DNA of 64,000 nucleotides from a virus, in IMG/VR virus record IMGVR_UViG_3300000970_000001, positions 1-64,000 of that record. One strand, given 5' to 3'. The notes beneath the pieces are model-generated. The model saw only the letters and a program-made list of their open reading frames with translations. It did no database searches and was not told where the DNA came from. The translations under genes were made by a program, and so were the position numbers. The first letter of the stretch is position 1. Each line of letters opens with the position of its first letter. Below, one piece after another: positions 61,324 through 64,000 of this stretch.

Positions 61324-61639
61324 TACAATGCTCCTGTTGTGCTACGTATTCTGGATTTGGTTCACATACTTTTTTACCAGAACCAGATGTGTAATATGCT
61401 GAACGCTGACACTGACGTATAGCATGGTCAATATCTTCATCATCGTGAGTAGTATAGTCGCCGCCTTGCGACCCTCGCATTCCTGCAAGTTGTTCTAAAC
61501 AGAATTTGTAAAGCTCAACTTTCTCAGGGTTGGAATGTTTACAAATTGTAGGAATAATTTCCTCTTTACAGTAAGAATATTGTTCTTCATTACACGCTGT
61601 GACTAATAAAACTGTTAGTAATAAAAATAGTTTTTTCAT
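61298..61639 (-). CDS. lipoprotein
   Basis: Signal peptide plus lipobox LLVTAC, followed by a Cys-rich mature part. Confidence 0.55.
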   Translation of the reverse strand: MKKLFLLLTVLLVTACNEEQYSYCKEEIIPTICKHSNPEKVELYKFCLEQLAGMRGSQGGDYTTHDDEDIDHAIRQCQRSAYYTSGSGKKVCEPNPEYVAQQEHCNETIKQPD

Positions 61640-61640
61640 C

Positions 61641-61841
61641 TTATCCCTTCCAAGTTAAAGGTATGTATTTTCCAAACCTACCACTCATAGTTAAATCTCT
61701 ATATAATATATGCACACCTGATAGTAGTTTAACATACATTTCTCCATTCGGCATTTTATGAGCGCGTTTTACATACCATGTATAGCCAAACTGTAATAAA
61801 ACGTAGTCATAACCGAATAACTTATGAAACAATCTCCACAT
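61641..61841 (-). CDS. hypothetical protein
   Basis: 66-aa ORF. Confidence 0.4.
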   Translation of the reverse strand: MWRLFHKLFGYDYVLLQFGYTWYVKRAHKMPNGEMYVKLLSGVHILYRDLTMSGRFGKYIPLTWKG

Positions 61842-61857
61842 TTTTAACTCTCCCTTT

Positions 61858-61890
61858 AAAACCCTGCGTTACTTTAACGCAGGGTTTATT
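61858..61890. terminator. hairpin terminator (bidirectional shape)
   Basis: AAACCCUGCGUUA CUU UAACGCAGGGUUU with T/A runs on both sides. Confidence 0.6.
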
Positions 61891-61894
61891 TTAC

Positions 61895-62884
61895 TTAGTT
61901 TGTAATAACTTTAGCAACGACTACTTGGTCGTTTTCATCAACAATTTGAATGGATACTTCTTCATCGTAATCAAGTTCAAAACCATCATCGTAAAGAAAT
62001 TCCTTATCAACATTATCAAAGAATTCACGAGCAGCTTGCATTGTCGTAAACACAATCGGCTCGTCAAGGCAGTCATGAGTAGTGAAAGTTTCATCACCCC
62101 AATCATCTGTCTCCCATACAAACTTAAACATGTCTGTAACTACTTGGATCGTATATTTTCCAGTGTGTAATGGAGAGTTAAATTCTTGAGTTTCAGTTAC
62201 TTCATCAATAACTTTATAACGACAACAACGACCTTTTGAGTTATTATAGTCGTTAGGGATTGAAACAACATCAGCAGGATCGATTGAAAGTAACATTAAG
62301 CGACTTTCACCATGGCTGAAATGAGGAATGTACTCACGACTACAAAAATGAAGACCTGCTGAACATGTATTCTGGCGGCGATCATCAACTTCTCCACGAT
62401 CCATTTCAACAGTTTGACCTACAGAATTGTCAAATGTGCCTGAATGTTTATCAAGATAATCTTTGCGAACTACCTTATAAGCTAGAAACGATCCGTCTTC
62501 TTGAATTGGAAGATTGTTATGTTCTAAGAACAAGAGTAATTCTTCACGAGACTGATAAGATGGGTTAGCAAGAATACGCTCAAGGAAATTAATCATTGGT
62601 TGAGGATCAAGATCATGTCCTATCCAATCTGCAATACGATTAGTAATCGCATTCTCCATGTGTTCACCTTTATAGTAAACAACACCTCCAATGACTTTGA
62701 CGTTCTTGTCGTTACCCCACTCACGAATTTCATTGAGTTTATCAATAACAGCTTTAACACGCTTAACATCGCCTGTTTTATAAGCAGCAATTAACTCTTT
62801 AAAACGCTTGTGTTCTTTAGCAACAGTATATGGTTTACCTTCTACAATTACAGTAGCAGATTGGGAAGTAATAATAATATTCAT
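61895..62884 (-). CDS. hypothetical protein
   Basis: 329-aa ORF with RBS AAGGAGAAA. Confidence 0.55.
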   Translation of the reverse strand: MNIIITSQSATVIVEGKPYTVAKEHKRFKELIAAYKTGDVKRVKAVIDKLNEIREWGNDKNVKVIGGVVYYKGEHMENAITNRIADWIGHDLDPQPMINFLERILANPSYQSREELLLFLEHNNLPIQEDGSFLAYKVVRKDYLDKHSGTFDNSVGQTVEMDRGEVDDRRQNTCSAGLHFCSREYIPHFSHGESRLMLLSIDPADVVSIPNDYNNSKGRCCRYKVIDEVTETQEFNSPLHTGKYTIQVVTDMFKFVWETDDWGDETFTTHDCLDEPIVFTTMQAAREFFDNVDKEFLYDDGFELDYDEEVSIQIVDENDQVVVAKVITN

Positions 62885-62895
62885 AGTTTTTCTCC

Positions 62896-64000
62896 TTAGA
62901 TTTTAATACTTGGTGAGGCATCACAAACATTAATGTAGTGAATTTTGTGATTATGTTGTCCACTATGTCGTAAAGTTTCTAATAGTGGGTACTTTGTCTT
63001 ACACTTTTCTAAAAGATTTGGCAAGTCAAAAGTTGGTTTTAAAGTTCTATACTCATAACCTAGAACTTTTATAGCTTTATAGAGGTTTTTAGCTTGCTCG
63101 GTTGGCTCCATTACTTTACAGGCTTTTACTAGTTGAGCCATTTCACCTCGACTTGATCTTAAAAGATCGTCTTGTGAGTCAGCTAAGTGTTTTAAAATAC
63201 TATCTAGATAACTACTACTCATAGCATTTGAATAAGCTATATAGTCAGTCATAATACGATTGACATTTATATTAGCTAATAATTTATCAACACCTTCCTT
63301 AAAGACATCGGGTAAGTGAACCCAACCCTCGTTTTGCTCAGGTATGTTTTTAAATGAAGATTGAATACCGAATACTGTTTCATCAGTAATTCCAAGTTTT
63401 GTACATAGATCAATTACATTGTGTAAATTACTACGAAGGTTATCAAGCTTTGGTTCACGAGAGTAAGTCATAACATAAAGACCACCATCGGATACTTGAT
63501 GATTGGTATCTTCCCAATATTCAGTATAGGGACCACGGTATTTTAATAACTTCTTAACCTCGTAACTACCACGAATGGTTTGAAAATGACCTTTAGGAAC
63601 TTCTTCGTAATCAGACCATTTCTGGATTGGTGGGTTACCAAGTTGTTTTTTGATTTTCTTAAGATGCTTTTTCTCAGCTTTAATGAAATAGACATTTTTC
63701 TTCTCACCACGGAAATGATAGTCCATTTTCTGATTATACATCTTGGTATCAGTATCATCATATATAAAGATTGTATCTGGAACTGCTACAATACGACCTC
63801 TATATTTTCTCTCAGATGAAACACGTTTTAGATCAAAAGCAGCACGAGAAAAGTATAATACATCAGCATATGGATTATCCTCCTGAATATCATCAAGACC
63901 TTCACGCACTTTGGTAACAAGAGTTGAGAAGTTAAACTCTACGTGGCCCTTATTAATAATTTGACCCTTGTAAGTTAGACGCTCACCAATGTGTTCTTTG
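62896..64000 (-). CDS. hypothetical protein; 5' end runs off the right edge
   Basis: The track ORF starts at GTG 63909, but the same frame stays open to position 63999 (...KEHIGERLTYKGQIINKGHVEFNFSTLVTKVREGLDD...), so the gene is probably partial here. Confidence 0.5.
   Translation of the reverse strand, partial: KEHIGERLTYKGQIINKGHVEFNFSTLVTKVREGLDDIQEDNPYADVLYFSRAAFDLKRVSSERKYRGRIVAVPDTIFIYDDTDTKMYNQKMDYHFRGEKKNVYFIKAEKKHLKKIKKQLGNPPIQKWSDYEEVPKGHFQTIRGSYEVKKLLKYRGPYTEYWEDTNHQVSDGGLYVMTYSREPKLDNLRSNLHNVIDLCTKLGITDETVFGIQSSFKNIPEQNEGWVHLPDVFKEGVDKLLANINVNRIMTDYIAYSNAMSSSYLDSILKHLADSQDDLLRSSRGEMAQLVKACKVMEPTEQAKNLYKAIKVLGYEYRTLKPTFDLPNLLEKCKTKYPLLETLRHSGQHNHKIHYINVCDASPSIKI

Noticed and set aside
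1-64000. CRISPR arrays, transposases or integrases, inteins or group I introns in nrdA, nrdB, thyA or the polymerase
   Set aside because: I saw no spaced direct-repeat arrays, no integrase or transposase motifs, and no interruption of the conserved catalytic motifs in these genes.

Overview
This 64-kb window comes from an AT-rich, tightly packed tailed-phage genome of siphovirus type. No host or cellular genes are evident. All calls are from hand translation and hand folding, with no database search.

Layout:
- 1-1227, minus strand: end of an early block, with a Prim-Pol fragment running off the left edge and two small ORFs.
- 1289-31329, plus strand: a complete late module. It holds a GpA-type large terminase, portal, a LamG/O-acetylesterase protein, protease-scaffold, a decoration-like protein, major capsid, connector genes, major tail tube, a G/GT chaperone pair and a 1495-aa tape measure. 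Lambda-like tip genes follow (M-like, L, a split K, I, J), interrupted by a metallophosphoesterase. The module ends with a Gly-rich fibre, a lysis cassette and PhoH.
- 31498-35369, minus strand: an island of 22 tRNA genes covering 19 amino-acid specificities (no Cys), all with encoded CCA. An HNH endonuclease, a stand-alone receiver-domain gene and small ORFs sit among them.
- 35.5-64 kb, minus strand: nucleotide metabolism, replication, recombination and RNA repair. Genes include NrdA, an ATP-cone NrdB, two MazG-like proteins, a dNMP kinase, ThyA, SbcCD-like proteins, a DnaQ-like exonuclease, a family A polymerase, an ATP ligase, FEN, an SNF2-like helicase, endonuclease VII, RtcB and dCMP deaminase, plus many unknowns.

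Main hunt result: three unannotated 18-20 codon ORFs each sit just upstream of an intrinsic terminator that abuts a tRNA block. The amino-acid and codon content of each ORF matches the tRNAs immediately downstream. This is the architecture of ribosome-mediated attenuators, here apparently controlling phage tRNA sub-operons.

Second result: a 62-nt RNA gene (35879-35940) looks like a tmRNA tRNA-like domain (G3:U70, GGAUCGAC, GGAC, T-arm, CCA) with no mRNA-like domain.

Other notable points are two short-variable-arm tRNAs with Leu anticodons, compensated 19:56 changes in three tRNAs, a GC-rich structured intergenic element, and an RBS-sequestering hairpin before endonuclease VII.
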